Origin: a virus
Direction: 5' to 3' (one strand)
Virus record (IMG/VR): IMGVR_UViG_3300033076_000783
Length of the DNA stretch: 64,000 bases
A model generated the notes under the pieces. It ran no database searches. It was not told the DNA's origin and worked only from the letters and a program-made list of their open reading frames with translations. The translations under genes were made by a program, and so were the position numbers. Positions 1 to 9,191 of this stretch are shown one piece after another (within the stretch, counting starts at the first letter, position 1; each line of letters opens with the position of its first letter).

Positions 1-58
1 CCTAAGATTATTTTCTTTGAGAAAATAGAGGGTAAATCAACTTCAAACATTTTAAAAT

Positions 59-802
59 ATGACAATAACAGTAATAGGTGAATTGTGTGACGATATCTTC
101 GTTTATGGTGATGCAAAAAGATTAAGTCCCGAAGCACCCGTACCAGTTTTAACACATACACATATTGAAAAGAATTTCGGTATGGCGGGAAATGTGATGG
201 AAAATTTAAAATCATTAGACCCAACATTACGTGTTGTTTTATTTCACCAAGAAACTAAAATAAAAAAAACAAGATACGTTGATGATAAATCAAATCATAT
301 GTTTTTGAGGGTTGATGAGGGTGAAGATAATATTGATACATTTAATTTAAACACATCAAAAACAAATGCAATTAAGAATTCAGATATTGTGATTATTAGT
401 GATTATAATAAAGGATTTTTAGATGTGGAAACATTGATTGAAATTGGTAAAAATTCTAAATTATCTATAATTGACACTAAGAAAAAATTAACTAAAGAAA
501 TTATAGATGCATTTAGTTTTATTAAATTAAATGAAATTGAATATAACACCAACGAATCTATTGCAGATGAAAATAAAGAAAAATTTATCATCACATTAGG
601 TATGAAAGGTGCTAAACACAATAACATTATATATCCATCACCAGCACCAAAACAAACTATGGATGTTAGTGGTGCCGGTGATACTTTCACGGCATCTTTT
701 ATTTTAAAATATAAAGAAACAAATAACATTTCAGAATCAATAATTTTCGCCAATTCAATGGCGGCAATTGTTGTATCAAAAAGAGGAGTAACCACACCAT
801 GA
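59..802 (+). CDS. D-glycero-beta-D-manno-heptose-7-phosphate kinase-like carbohydrate kinase (HldE domain I / RfaE, pfkB family)
   Basis: N-terminus VIGELCDDIFVYGDAKRLSPEAPVPV and NFGMAGNV resemble the HldE kinase domain. GAGDTF nucleotide-binding motif near the C-terminus. 247 aa is shorter than typical. Confidence 0.7.
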   Translation: MTITVIGELCDDIFVYGDAKRLSPEAPVPVLTHTHIEKNFGMAGNVMENLKSLDPTLRVVLFHQETKIKKTRYVDDKSNHMFLRVDEGEDNIDTFNLNTSKTNAIKNSDIVIISDYNKGFLDVETLIEIGKNSKLSIIDTKKKLTKEIIDAFSFIKLNEIEYNTNESIADENKEKFIITLGMKGAKHNNIIYPSPAPKQTMDVSGAGDTFTASFILKYKETNNISESIIFANSMAAIVVSKRGVTTP

Positions 803-1614
803 AAAGAGCAATAATAACCGGAACCAAAGGGTTTATTGGTAAAAATTTATTAGAAGAAATCAAAAATGATTTCCAAGTTTTTGAAATTAACGAAGATATT
901 TTTGACACAGATAATTGGGTGGATGTCTTAAATGGAATTTTGGACGATGTAAATCCTGATGTTATTTTTCATGTAGGTGCGTGTTCAGATACATTAGAAC
1001 AAGATGCGAATTACATGATGACAAGAAATTATGAGTTCACCAAAATATTATCAGAATATACATTAAGTAATGAATGTAAATTAATTTATTCATCATCTGC
1101 GGCAAGTTATGGTACAAACAATCTCTACCCTTCAAATTTATATGGGTGGAGCAAATATGTTGCAGAACAATTTGTTTTACAAAATGGAGGTATTGCATTA
1201 AGATATTTTAATGTCTACGGACCAGGTGAAGAACATAAAGGTAGAATGTCATCAGTTGCGTTACAAATGATAAATAAAGTTAAACAAGGTGAGTTTGTTA
1301 GATTATTTCCTGGCAAACCAAGAAGAGATTTTATTTACATTAAAGATGTTGTAAGTGCAAACATATTTGCATACGAAAATTATTCAGATCTTTCATATAG
1401 TTATTATGATGTAGGGTATGGTGAAGCAAGAAGTTTTGAAGATGTATTAAACATTTTAAATATTCCTTTCACATATTTCGATGAAAAAGATGTTCCTAAA
1501 GGATACCAATATTTTACACAATGTGATAAAAAGAAATGGTTAACAGGTTGGACTCCAAAATATAATTTAGAAACAGGATTAAACGAATATCTAAACAAAT
1601 TAAACAATGCATAA
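799..1614 (+). CDS. ADP-L-glycero-D-manno-heptose 6-epimerase-like NAD-dependent epimerase (HldD/RfaD-like)
   Basis: GTKGFIGKN Rossmann motif. FHVGACSDTLEQDANYMMTRNYEFTKIL and YSSSAASYG blocks resemble HldD. 4-nt overlap with the upstream kinase gene. Confidence 0.7.
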   Translation: MKRAIITGTKGFIGKNLLEEIKNDFQVFEINEDIFDTDNWVDVLNGILDDVNPDVIFHVGACSDTLEQDANYMMTRNYEFTKILSEYTLSNECKLIYSSSAASYGTNNLYPSNLYGWSKYVAEQFVLQNGGIALRYFNVYGPGEEHKGRMSSVALQMINKVKQGEFVRLFPGKPRRDFIYIKDVVSANIFAYENYSDLSYSYYDVGYGEARSFEDVLNILNIPFTYFDEKDVPKGYQYFTQCDKKKWLTGWTPKYNLETGLNEYLNKLNNA

Positions 1615-2620
1615 ATTCACTTATTACTTTGATTCACCCGAGAAAATAACTGAGAACGATAAAATTTTAATTGGTATTGGTGATAGTTTTTGTGCCGGCC
1701 GTGGTGCGTGTTCATTAGAATTGTGGAAAAAATATGATTGGGACATGGACAGAATGTACGGCGAGGGCGGAGTTGAAGTTAATAAATCAAATTATGAAAA
1801 TTCGTGGGTAAATCAACTTTGTAAAAATCATATGCCTGATTGGAAACCTGTTAATTTAGGAATGTCAGGTAAGGGTAATAGATTTGCAGTTAATGAATTA
1901 TTTGTGTCTCCATTACTTAATCTTGAAAAGGCAAAAGAAAAAATCGTGGTGTTTGCCGTTTCAGGTTTTGAAAGATTTGATTTAGTAAATAATTTAGTTA
2001 CCGAAGAACATTTTGTCACACAATGGCCAATTTTTGACGGATGGGGTGATGGTAGAAGGATTGGTTATGCTGAGTTAACTAAAGATATCGATAACAAATC
2101 GATATATGATGAAACGTTTGTCTTATGTGAATTTATTTTAAACATAATTCATTTAACTAATTGGTGTAAATTACATAATGCGAAACTTTTATTAATCAGT
2201 GCATTTACCCCTGAATTAAATGTTGATTATTTTAGAGAAGATTTCACCAAACATTCAGGTAATCCATTTACTGAAAAAGTTGTGTGTGAATTATTAAAAT
2301 TAGTTCCTTGGGGTAAAATAATTAGACCGATGGGTTTCAGTTGTATTACTGATATGTTAATGCATTTGGAAGGTTGGGATGAGTTTATGCCAAACTACGG
2401 ATTTAGAAATATGGACATTAAAACAGTTGGCCCAAACGAATATATGACTAAGTGCCAGCACCCAACTGAAAAGGGTCATAAATTATTAGCAGAAATAATC
2501 TATGAACATATTGTCAATTATGATAATTTGGAAGATGTAAAGATTGAACCGAATTTTAAAAAGTACTATCCCGATATTGATGATAAACCTAAAAATGGTT
2601 CAAACTTCAAATTGATTTAG
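1607..2620 (+). CDS. SGNH/GDSL-like hydrolase family protein (paralog 1 of 4)
   Basis: N-terminal IGIGDSFCAGRG (GDSx block I) and GMSGKGN (block II-like glycine). Coupled to the epimerase gene by an overlapping start. Confidence 0.4.
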   Translation: MHKFTYYFDSPEKITENDKILIGIGDSFCAGRGACSLELWKKYDWDMDRMYGEGGVEVNKSNYENSWVNQLCKNHMPDWKPVNLGMSGKGNRFAVNELFVSPLLNLEKAKEKIVVFAVSGFERFDLVNNLVTEEHFVTQWPIFDGWGDGRRIGYAELTKDIDNKSIYDETFVLCEFILNIIHLTNWCKLHNAKLLLISAFTPELNVDYFREDFTKHSGNPFTEKVVCELLKLVPWGKIIRPMGFSCITDMLMHLEGWDEFMPNYGFRNMDIKTVGPNEYMTKCQHPTEKGHKLLAEIIYEHIVNYDNLEDVKIEPNFKKYYPDIDDKPKNGSNFKLI

Positions 2621-2794
2621 AATATTGCTTTAAATAAACCGTACACCAATGTACATACGGTTCCCATTAAAAGTACAGCAACACCAATTGCAAATAGGTT
2701 TACTGCGAATTCAGCGATGTTTTCTTTATTGATTTTCATATGATTCAAATATAAACAAAAATTTTGATATTACCAAGATTTTGTCTCCAGTATA

Positions 2795-2852
2795 TTCTAG
2801 TATTATTTATTTCTAGTTATCTAGTACTAGTCTAGTTCTAGATAAATACTGG
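2795..2852. repeat. Cluster of 6-7 CTAG-containing short direct/inverted repeats (TCTAGT / ACTAGT / TCTAGA)
   Basis: ttctagtattatttatttctagttatctagtactagtctagttctaga lies at the junction of the + heptose block and the - block, immediately upstream of a bidirectional terminator. Confidence 0.5.
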
Positions 2853-2860
2853 GTAAAAAT

Positions 2861-2887
2861 AAAAAAACCCCTAAAAGGGGTTTCTTT
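2861..2887. terminator. Bidirectional intrinsic terminator
   Basis: aaaaaaaCCCCTaaaAGGGGtttcttt: GC stem flanked by an A-run and a T-run, between convergent genes. Confidence 0.6.
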
Positions 2888-2902
2888 GGTTATAAATGAA
2901 GT

Positions 2903-3106
2903 TTAAAGAAATCTTCTAAAATTTGATTTAATTTTTGAGATTGATTCATTGATTTCAGTTTCCTCAACATCAATTTTTTCTGCGTCGTCATCTTTTAGTT
3001 GATTCATCTCATCAAATGTTTCTTCATTCGCTGTTTCTTGGTAAGAATGTTTTCTTTCCATTATCATTTTCAGCTGGTTCTCAGTAATCTTAATCTTTTT
3101 TGACAT
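2903..3106 (-). CDS. hypothetical acidic protein
   Basis: ORF in the minus-strand block; no recognisable domain. Confidence 0.35.
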   Translation of the reverse strand: MSKKIKITENQLKMIMERKHSYQETANEETFDEMNQLKDDDAEKIDVEETEINESISKIKSNFRRFL

Positions 3107-3141
3107 GTCTATTGTATTTGTATATAAATATCGTTTATTCG

Positions 3142-3612
3142 TTAAAAATCGTAACGATCGTAACTATCATAGTTTCTTCTGTAAATCTCTTGAATGTCGT
3201 CATCAATCCAACTCGGCAAATGTTCCACAAATTTTGTGAAGTCCTTACCATCATAAATAACAACTTCTTCCCCTTCAAAATCTTTAGTGTATCTCAAATG
3301 TTGTGGTATTAATAACCAATAACCGTCACTACCTTCAGGTGGGTCATCATACGTACCCGGTGTATAGTATGGAGTCTCCTCAATCTCATTGTCAAAAGTG
3401 AATTCTAAGGTTTCATCTTTATATGCAATAACAATGTTATCGGAACTATAATCAATTACATCAATATCACTTTGTTTTTTATATTCTTCAACATTATTCA
3501 ATACTGAAGATATGTGTTGAGTTAAATTGGTTATGTTTCTAACCAATCTCTCAGATACTTCTTCGTTTTCAATTAAACGCAAATACTGGTCTTCTTTTAA
3601 GAGAATTCTCAT
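3142..3612 (-). CDS. hypothetical protein
   Basis: 156-aa ORF in coherent minus-strand gene order. Confidence 0.45.
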   Translation of the reverse strand: MRILLKEDQYLRLIENEEVSERLVRNITNLTQHISSVLNNVEEYKKQSDIDVIDYSSDNIVIAYKDETLEFTFDNEIEETPYYTPGTYDDPPEGSDGYWLLIPQHLRYTKDFEGEEVVIYDGKDFTKFVEHLPSWIDDDIQEIYRRNYDSYDRYDF

Positions 3613-3858
3613 AACTATAAATATTAATATTAACCAAAGAGGAACTTATATAAACTTTCGAAGAATAATAGGACTTTTCTTGGTTTTGTCTTAGAAAAGT
3701 GTTATTTATATTAAAAAAACACAATATGTTAAATTTATTTATAGGATTATTTTTAGTTTGTACAAGTTTGGGAGTGAGCTTGTCGAAATTTACAAAACAA
3801 ACATTTATTAGAGGAGAAAGAAAACATGATAGACCATTAACCATTGAACGAGACGTTC

Positions 3859-4077
3859 TTAGATAATTGGTGTGTAGTTGACTTTGTCTTCGTATTCTTT
3901 GATTTTTTCTTCTAGAAACTGCATTCTGTTACTTTCACCCATTAATGAATCATAACGGGTGTATTGTTTTACAAATGACTCAAGTCCATCTCTTTCGATA
4001 TGTTCTTTCATTTGTTCCACTGATGGTAATATACATTGATTAAATCCCATTGTGAAAATATATGAAAATCCTTCCAA
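3859..4077 (-). CDS. hypothetical protein
   Basis: 72-aa ORF, tightly spaced with its neighbours. Confidence 0.35.
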   Translation of the reverse strand: MEGFSYIFTMGFNQCILPSVEQMKEHIERDGLESFVKQYTRYDSLMGESNRMQFLEEKIKEYEDKVNYTPII

Positions 4078-4095
4078 TTACGGAAGGATTTTTAA

Positions 4096-4353
4096 TTATT
4101 CTTGATTTTTCTTATTTGCTAACCAGAAATTTGCGAGTTCTACTCTTGTGTTTTCATCTGACCACGCTTCCCATGAATTTTCACCTTCGGTACCTGCAAT
4201 TTGTAATACCATATCAGGATTAAATTGATCACCTCTAGTTACTTCATGAAAACTATCGTCAACTGCCGAGTTCTTAACTGTAACCACATCAGTTGCGTCA
4301 TCGTATGCAAAAGTAATTGTGTTGTTTGCTGAGTCTAAAATTGTTTGTTCCAT
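4096..4353 (-). CDS. hypothetical protein
   Basis: 85-aa ORF. Confidence 0.35.
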   Translation of the reverse strand: MEQTILDSANNTITFAYDDATDVVTVKNSAVDDSFHEVTRGDQFNPDMVLQIAGTEGENSWEAWSDENTRVELANFWLANKKNQE

Positions 4354-4378
4354 TGTATTAATTTTCTATATAAATATC

Positions 4379-4921
4379 TTATTTGTTATATAACTCCTCG
4401 TTGACCAATTTTATTAAACCGTATTGTCTATCAAACGCATCTTTCTCCCACGGTCTTTGAGTATATTCTATCGAATTAAGTTCCAACACATTTCCTTTCC
4501 ACGTTAATGTGTTATTTGAGTATATTAAATCTTTTGACACGTATTGGTCCATATGAATGACTTCGTGGGATAATACTTCAATTGCCTCACTTCTACCCAA
4601 ATCAATTGTATAAAGATAGAAATTATTATCTTGATATCTGATGTGTGCTTTCAACTCCCCATCAAATTGCCCTTTAGCATTATCACTAAGTGGGAGTAAA
4701 TAAACATCATGCCCCGATAAACCTGATTGTTCCATCGCTATGTTTACAATTGTATCATAGTATGATGGGAATTGACCGTTTACATTTGTAATTATATTAC
4801 TATCAGATAACTCGACTTTATTAAATGGTTTATCCTTAGAAGACTTGATTATAAGGATTGTAATTAGTATTATTACAATAACACCAATAACGACTAAAAT
4901 TACATTCTTTTTCATACCCAT
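4379..4921 (-). CDS. membrane-anchored protein with HExxH motif (putative Zn-metallopeptidase)
   Basis: N-terminal hydrophobic helix (ILVVIGVIVIILITILII). HEVIH motif followed by an acidic residue-rich tail. Confidence 0.35.
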   Translation of the reverse strand: MGMKKNVILVVIGVIVIILITILIIKSSKDKPFNKVELSDSNIITNVNGQFPSYYDTIVNIAMEQSGLSGHDVYLLPLSDNAKGQFDGELKAHIRYQDNNFYLYTIDLGRSEAIEVLSHEVIHMDQYVSKDLIYSNNTLTWKGNVLELNSIEYTQRPWEKDAFDRQYGLIKLVNEELYNK

Positions 4922-4930
4922 AAATATCTA

Positions 4931-5617
4931 ATGAACCCTATCTTCTGTTTTACCGCATATGGTGATGAACATATCAATGAATATAACGTATTGGTTGACA
5001 GTCTTTTAAAGATGAATGACCAAATCAAAGTTATTGTTACCACAGATGATAAAGAGAAGATAGATAATAGGACATATAAGGTCATTGAACTAAAGGAAAC
5101 ATTTAACTACAACCTTAAAAGGGTGTCCATAGAAGAAGCATTCAAAGAAACAGATACGGTAATTTATTTGGATACCGATATTATCTTTAGAAACAATATA
5201 GATTTTCGATTTTTAGACGATTTAAGACACGATTACCTCTACATAGAGGAATTATTCCACTTGGACCATTTCAGGGACAAGAAGGGGTCATTAAACTATC
5301 TTGGTGACTACATAACCACATTATCAAATATCCATCCTGAGTTATATTTAATTAATGAGGGGATGTTTATACTAAAGACCAATAGGGGATTGGAATTTAC
5401 AAGACATTGGAAGGAGATTGATGAACAAACTCGTGGGGTACAGAAGATGAATGACCAACATTACGGTGCAATGGAGGGGTTTATTATGTGGATATCGATG
5501 ATAAAGTCATCAATTGAACCATATATAACAAAAAAAGGTGATAATATATGGGAATTTTACAGAAATATGGTCCATACGGGTCAAGATAAACAGAAATACA
5601 ATAAAACATTAATATGA
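4931..5617 (+). CDS. putative nucleotide-sugar glycosyltransferase (DxD motif, GT8-like)
   Basis: YLDTDIIF block resembles the DxD motif of retaining glycosyltransferases. Weak; no second signature recognised. Confidence 0.25.
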   Translation: MNPIFCFTAYGDEHINEYNVLVDSLLKMNDQIKVIVTTDDKEKIDNRTYKVIELKETFNYNLKRVSIEEAFKETDTVIYLDTDIIFRNNIDFRFLDDLRHDYLYIEELFHLDHFRDKKGSLNYLGDYITTLSNIHPELYLINEGMFILKTNRGLEFTRHWKEIDEQTRGVQKMNDQHYGAMEGFIMWISMIKSSIEPYITKKGDNIWEFYRNMVHTGQDKQKYNKTLI

Positions 5618-6237
5618 GAACAGTTTGGGTGTTTGGTGATTCATTTTCTGTCGATTTTGACAAGAATCCAATCAAAAATTTCTATGATTACGGACAATAT
5701 AAGGGATATTACCCAAAAACATGGGGTAAATTATTATCTGAACACTTAAATTGTGACTACAAGAACTTTGCAAGGGGTGGATGGGACAATTATTCCATTC
5801 TTCAGACATTTTGTGATAATATTCACAATTTTGGTCCCGATGATTTGGTTTTTGTGGGGTGGTCACCAGAGGAGAGAATAAGACTTGTGGGTGGTCATGG
5901 TGGATGGGTTCCATTTAATTCAGCTCCACCGAATCCTGTATATGAGATTGACCCCAATATTGTTGCCACTTTATTGGTTTCAAGAACGGAAAAGACCTCT
6001 CACGGTTATCAGGCACATAAGATTGTTCGTGAGGAGGTATATTCATGGGAGAATATGATAAGACATTCACTAAAAGATAGATTTGTCCATATATGGAGAT
6101 GGTATAGTGAAGATATATTACCGAGACACTATGATACCATTCAAAAAGAAACGAACGGACAGATTAATGACACACACTGGTCGGAGAAGGGACATCTTCA
6201 ATACGTCACAGATTTAATCTCTGAATTAAACCTTTAA
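5614..6237 (+). CDS. SGNH/GDSL-like hydrolase family protein (paralog 2)
   Basis: VWVFGDSFSVDFD N-terminal block and the KTWGKLLSEHL...ARGGWDN block are shared with the ORFs at 35282 and 36052. Confidence 0.45.
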   Translation: MRTVWVFGDSFSVDFDKNPIKNFYDYGQYKGYYPKTWGKLLSEHLNCDYKNFARGGWDNYSILQTFCDNIHNFGPDDLVFVGWSPEERIRLVGGHGGWVPFNSAPPNPVYEIDPNIVATLLVSRTEKTSHGYQAHKIVREEVYSWENMIRHSLKDRFVHIWRWYSEDILPRHYDTIQKETNGQINDTHWSEKGHLQYVTDLISELNL

Positions 6238-6390
6238 ATTTTCCCGACCCGGCCCCGGCGGGGGTAACATTCATCAACTCCGGCGTCGGAGGTTTATAAA
6301 CAAAGAAGGGATGAGGTAGCGAATCCCCATCCCCAACGGGATATGTAACTAGTCCCGGTCCTAAGCAGGGTCTTCAAACCCTGGTTCTCT
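6238..6390. terminator. GC-rich hairpin cluster between convergent genes (bidirectional terminators / structured element)
   Basis: Hairpins CTCCGgcgtCGGAG-gttt, GGGATG-14nt-CATCCC and CAGGGTttgaagACCCTG in an otherwise AT-rich genome. Confidence 0.4.
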
Positions 6391-6732
6391 TTAATACTGT
6401 GAAGTATATGTAATGTTAGTTAAAGATTCACCGTCTTTATAGAACTGATATTTCTGATCCTTAGTGAGAACTTTATCCATGGCCATAAACAAGGCATTAA
6501 ATGTTTTCACATCATAGGAGGTTTTACCGGTATTCTTTTTCTCAAGGAGTTTCTGTGCCATAGGATATATGGTCTTAGAGTTAAACATAAGACTCTTCTT
6601 AAGTTGGTCCACTGGTGTGTTCTGGAACTCGTTACTGTCACCTTTAAGAATGTGGTTTAGGAAACCCAACAGGGTTTGTTCTCCCACATTAAGTTTAGGT
6701 GACTGTTCGTTAAGTATATCTAATAATTTCAT
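6391..6732 (-). CDS. hypothetical protein
   Basis: 113-aa ORF. Confidence 0.4.
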   Translation of the reverse strand: MKLLDILNEQSPKLNVGEQTLLGFLNHILKGDSNEFQNTPVDQLKKSLMFNSKTIYPMAQKLLEKKNTGKTSYDVKTFNALFMAMDKVLTKDQKYQFYKDGESLTNITYTSQY

Positions 6733-6738
6733 ATAGTA

Positions 6739-7335
6739 TTAGTAACCTTGTCCAAGGTTTTGTCCATCAATTTTCTTTGCTCTTGACCCTAAGTCCTGTA
6801 TGTTTGTGAACGATTTTTTCATTGGAGGAAGTTCTCCACTTTTAATTCCACCATTTAAATCAATCAAATGTCCGATAATAGATATAGGGACATATGGATA
6901 TACACTGTTATATGGATCATTTGTACCCATTGAACCGTCATCATTATAAACAACCGTTTGTTCAACGTATTTTAACAAATTTTCAGGAAGTACGGTATCC
7001 TTACTTGGGTAACCCAATTCCATCTTTGTATAAGGACCTTCATCGTTTCTTGGTTCACAATATGCTGTTCTACTTGCTTGAATGGATATACTTCCACCAT
7101 TGTTGAATACTACTCTCTTATATAAAGGTTTAAACTTAGAAACTTCTTCAGGTTCTTTATAGTCAGGGTCATAATCAGGATTAGGTTCATAGAAATCTTG
7201 TCCTGTTGGAGATGTTACTCTATTAAACTTGTTCCAAGTTGATTGTTCACTTAATGGTTTCTTATATCCGTGAGACTTATGTTGTTCCATAATTTGTTGT
7301 CTCTCTTCATCAGTTAGATTAAAGTTCTTATACAT
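6739..7335 (-). CDS. hypothetical protein
   Basis: 198-aa ORF. Confidence 0.45.
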   Translation of the reverse strand: MYKNFNLTDEERQQIMEQHKSHGYKKPLSEQSTWNKFNRVTSPTGQDFYEPNPDYDPDYKEPEEVSKFKPLYKRVVFNNGGSISIQASRTAYCEPRNDEGPYTKMELGYPSKDTVLPENLLKYVEQTVVYNDDGSMGTNDPYNSVYPYVPISIIGHLIDLNGGIKSGELPPMKKSFTNIQDLGSRAKKIDGQNLGQGY

Positions 7336-7374
7336 GTCTAATTCTTTTCTATATAAATATATTATTGGTAAAAT

Positions 7375-7406
7375 AAAAAACCCTCCGTAGTTGAGGGTTC
7401 TTTGTT
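7375..7406 (-). terminator. Intrinsic terminator
   Basis: aaaaaaCCCTCcgtagttGAGGGttctttgtttt (bidirectional shape), just after the stop of the 7407-7955 gene. Confidence 0.55.
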
Positions 7407-7955
7407 TTATACTTCTTCTTCCAAACGTTCAAGTAATGGTTGAATAACTTCGTCCCAATAACTACCATCAGGATTCTCCTGTTCAAACTCTTCCCACGTT
7501 ATTTCAGGTTCATCTTCGGATTCATCCGTATTACCGATACCATAAGACGCAAATGCTCCACACGGACTAAACGTCTCATCATAGTATGTTCCTTTTGCGT
7601 ATGAGTAGTCCTCATCATTTGGGTTAACATAATCTTCCCCTTCACTTAGTTGAGATAGTTTCTCTACCATACGTTCAATTAAATCTTTAGGGGGATACCA
7701 CGCACTTTCAAATGATATAGTATATCTGTCGTCATCTTTGTACCAGTCATTTAATCTAATCCATTTAGACCCCACGATGTCGATGATTCCAGTAATGGTT
7801 CCGTCGGGTTGGGTGTCAGATTCCATTCTGAATGAATTACCGAACGCGTCTGTGATGTTTTCCGAACCCTTGATTCTTTCGACCTCGGATTCTAACCAGT
7901 TAAGGGCCTTCTCAGAGGAGAAGAATTCCACTTTTGTTGTACAGTTGTTTGCCAT
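7407..7955 (-). CDS. hypothetical highly acidic protein
   Basis: 182 aa, rich in D/E, first gene of the minus-strand block. Confidence 0.45.
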   Translation of the reverse strand: MANNCTTKVEFFSSEKALNWLESEVERIKGSENITDAFGNSFRMESDTQPDGTITGIIDIVGSKWIRLNDWYKDDDRYTISFESAWYPPKDLIERMVEKLSQLSEGEDYVNPNDEDYSYAKGTYYDETFSPCGAFASYGIGNTDESEDEPEITWEEFEQENPDGSYWDEVIQPLLERLEEEV

Positions 7956-8346
7956 AGTAAATGTTATTAAAGTTTTACAAAGGAAATATACACATAATAG
8001 TCGAATTTCCCAAAAAATTCTGGAAAATTTTTTTTTCAGTTTTACCCAAAAAAAGTCGATTTTTGGAAAAATTTCCGGAAAAATTTCAGTTAGAGCATTG
8101 TCCCCCCTATACAGACGTCAAAATACCCCCTATATAAGGGGGGATACGGGAAGGGGGGAGGGGGTACCCTACATAGGGGGTGGGCCGTTCTTTATTCGAT
8201 CTGTTGAGGAAGGTTCACCAAACGTTAATTGTTAAAGTTTAGTTAATAGGTAAAAAAAAATTAAAAAAAAGTATAAAAATATTTGGATTATATATTTCTA
8301 TACCCTATCTTTGATGTATTAAATAACACATAAACATTTAAACATT
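7956..8346. promoter_or_regulatory. Divergent intergenic control region with G-tract cluster and short direct repeats
   Basis: Divergent promoters on both strands. Repeated GGAAAAATTT units. CCCCCTatataAGGGGG hairpin. GGGGGG/GGGGG/GGGGG/GGG tracts. A half-copy of the palindrome core (GGGCCGTTCTTTATT). Confidence 0.5.
8283..8314 (+). promoter_or_regulatory. Bacteroidetes-type promoter (TTTG -33 / TAnnTTTG -7)
   Basis: TTTGG ...20 nt... TATCTTTG upstream of the 8347 gene. Confidence 0.5.
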
Positions 8347-8880
8347 ATGAAAAATTCAGTAAACACAAATGAAATCAACGTTACCAAAGATGAATTGTTA
8401 TCAATCCTTATGGAAGTTGAAAAACCAACCTTTACAAACATTATGTACAAAGTAAAGGTAAAGATGAACAAAACAAACAATCCTTATTTGGATAAGGTAT
8501 TCAAAACTACCAAAGGAAATTTCTTTATCGGTGGAAGTTATGAAGATATGGTAAACGTTCAAATTGACAAACAAGGTTTGGAAATTGAATTTGAAAGTCA
8601 AGAATGTTCAGTAGGGGAAAAAATTTCAAAGTGTGTTCAGTTCAACGAAAACCACAACAAACATTACTTACAATATTTTACCTACAAAAATTCATATCAT
8701 TCAACCGAGTATGAATTTGAGGGAAGAAACATTGACCGAGAATTGTTTAAGTCCTTTGAGGTTAAGAAGTCCGAAAGTTCAAGACAACCACAAGACAACA
8801 AAGTAAAACCACAATCTTTGACAATAGACAATATTAAGAAGATTAGTTTATTCGGTAAAAGATATAACGTAGTAGGGTAA
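8347..8880 (+). CDS. hypothetical protein
   Basis: 177-aa ORF after a consensus promoter. Confidence 0.5.
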   Translation: MKNSVNTNEINVTKDELLSILMEVEKPTFTNIMYKVKVKMNKTNNPYLDKVFKTTKGNFFIGGSYEDMVNVQIDKQGLEIEFESQECSVGEKISKCVQFNENHNKHYLQYFTYKNSYHSTEYEFEGRNIDRELFKSFEVKKSESSRQPQDNKVKPQSLTIDNIKKISLFGKRYNVVG

Positions 8881-8959
8881 TCCTACTACATTTTCCCCCA
8901 CGAAAGTCCCTTACGAAAGTGAGGGATTTTTTTTTGACCACAGACCATCTCCGTCCCGT

Positions 8960-9074
8960 CTACAATAGTGAACGGCTCCGATAGACCATCAGGACGAGAA
9001 ATCCTTCAGGGAATAATGAACGGCCCCGAAGATTGTAATACACCATCGAGCCATTCTTATTTCCCACGGGGACG
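8960..9074. repeat. Complex imperfect palindrome (intergenic repeat family, copy A)
   Basis: AATAGTGAACGGCTCC, GAATAATGAACGGCCCC and CGAGCCATTCTTATTT half-sites plus complementary outer arms CCGTCCCGTC / CACGGGGACG. Confidence 0.7.
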
Positions 9075-9191
9075 TAACCTTACATCTACTTCATTTACGT
9101 TAAGAAAATTTTAACAAAATAAATTTGGTCATATAAAAGAATTAGTATTATATTTGTCATACAAATTCACTAACAAATAAACACAAGTATT

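Noticed and set aside
403-908. Antisense ORFs 403-795(-) and 699-908(-) inside the kinase gene
   Set aside because: They are fully nested antisense to a domain-bearing CDS and have low-complexity composition typical of AT-rich frames.
1404-2019. Antisense ORFs 1404-1607(-) and 1828-2019(-)
   Set aside because: They are nested antisense to the epimerase and SGNH CDSs, with no promoter or terminator context.
6238-6390. GC-rich segment considered as a tRNA or tmRNA gene
   Set aside because: No acceptor/T-arm arrangement could be built by eye on either strand (no GTTCRANYC T-loop flanked by a 5-bp stem, no 7-bp acceptor pairing). It is more parsimoniously a cluster of terminator hairpins. tRNAscan-SE would settle it.
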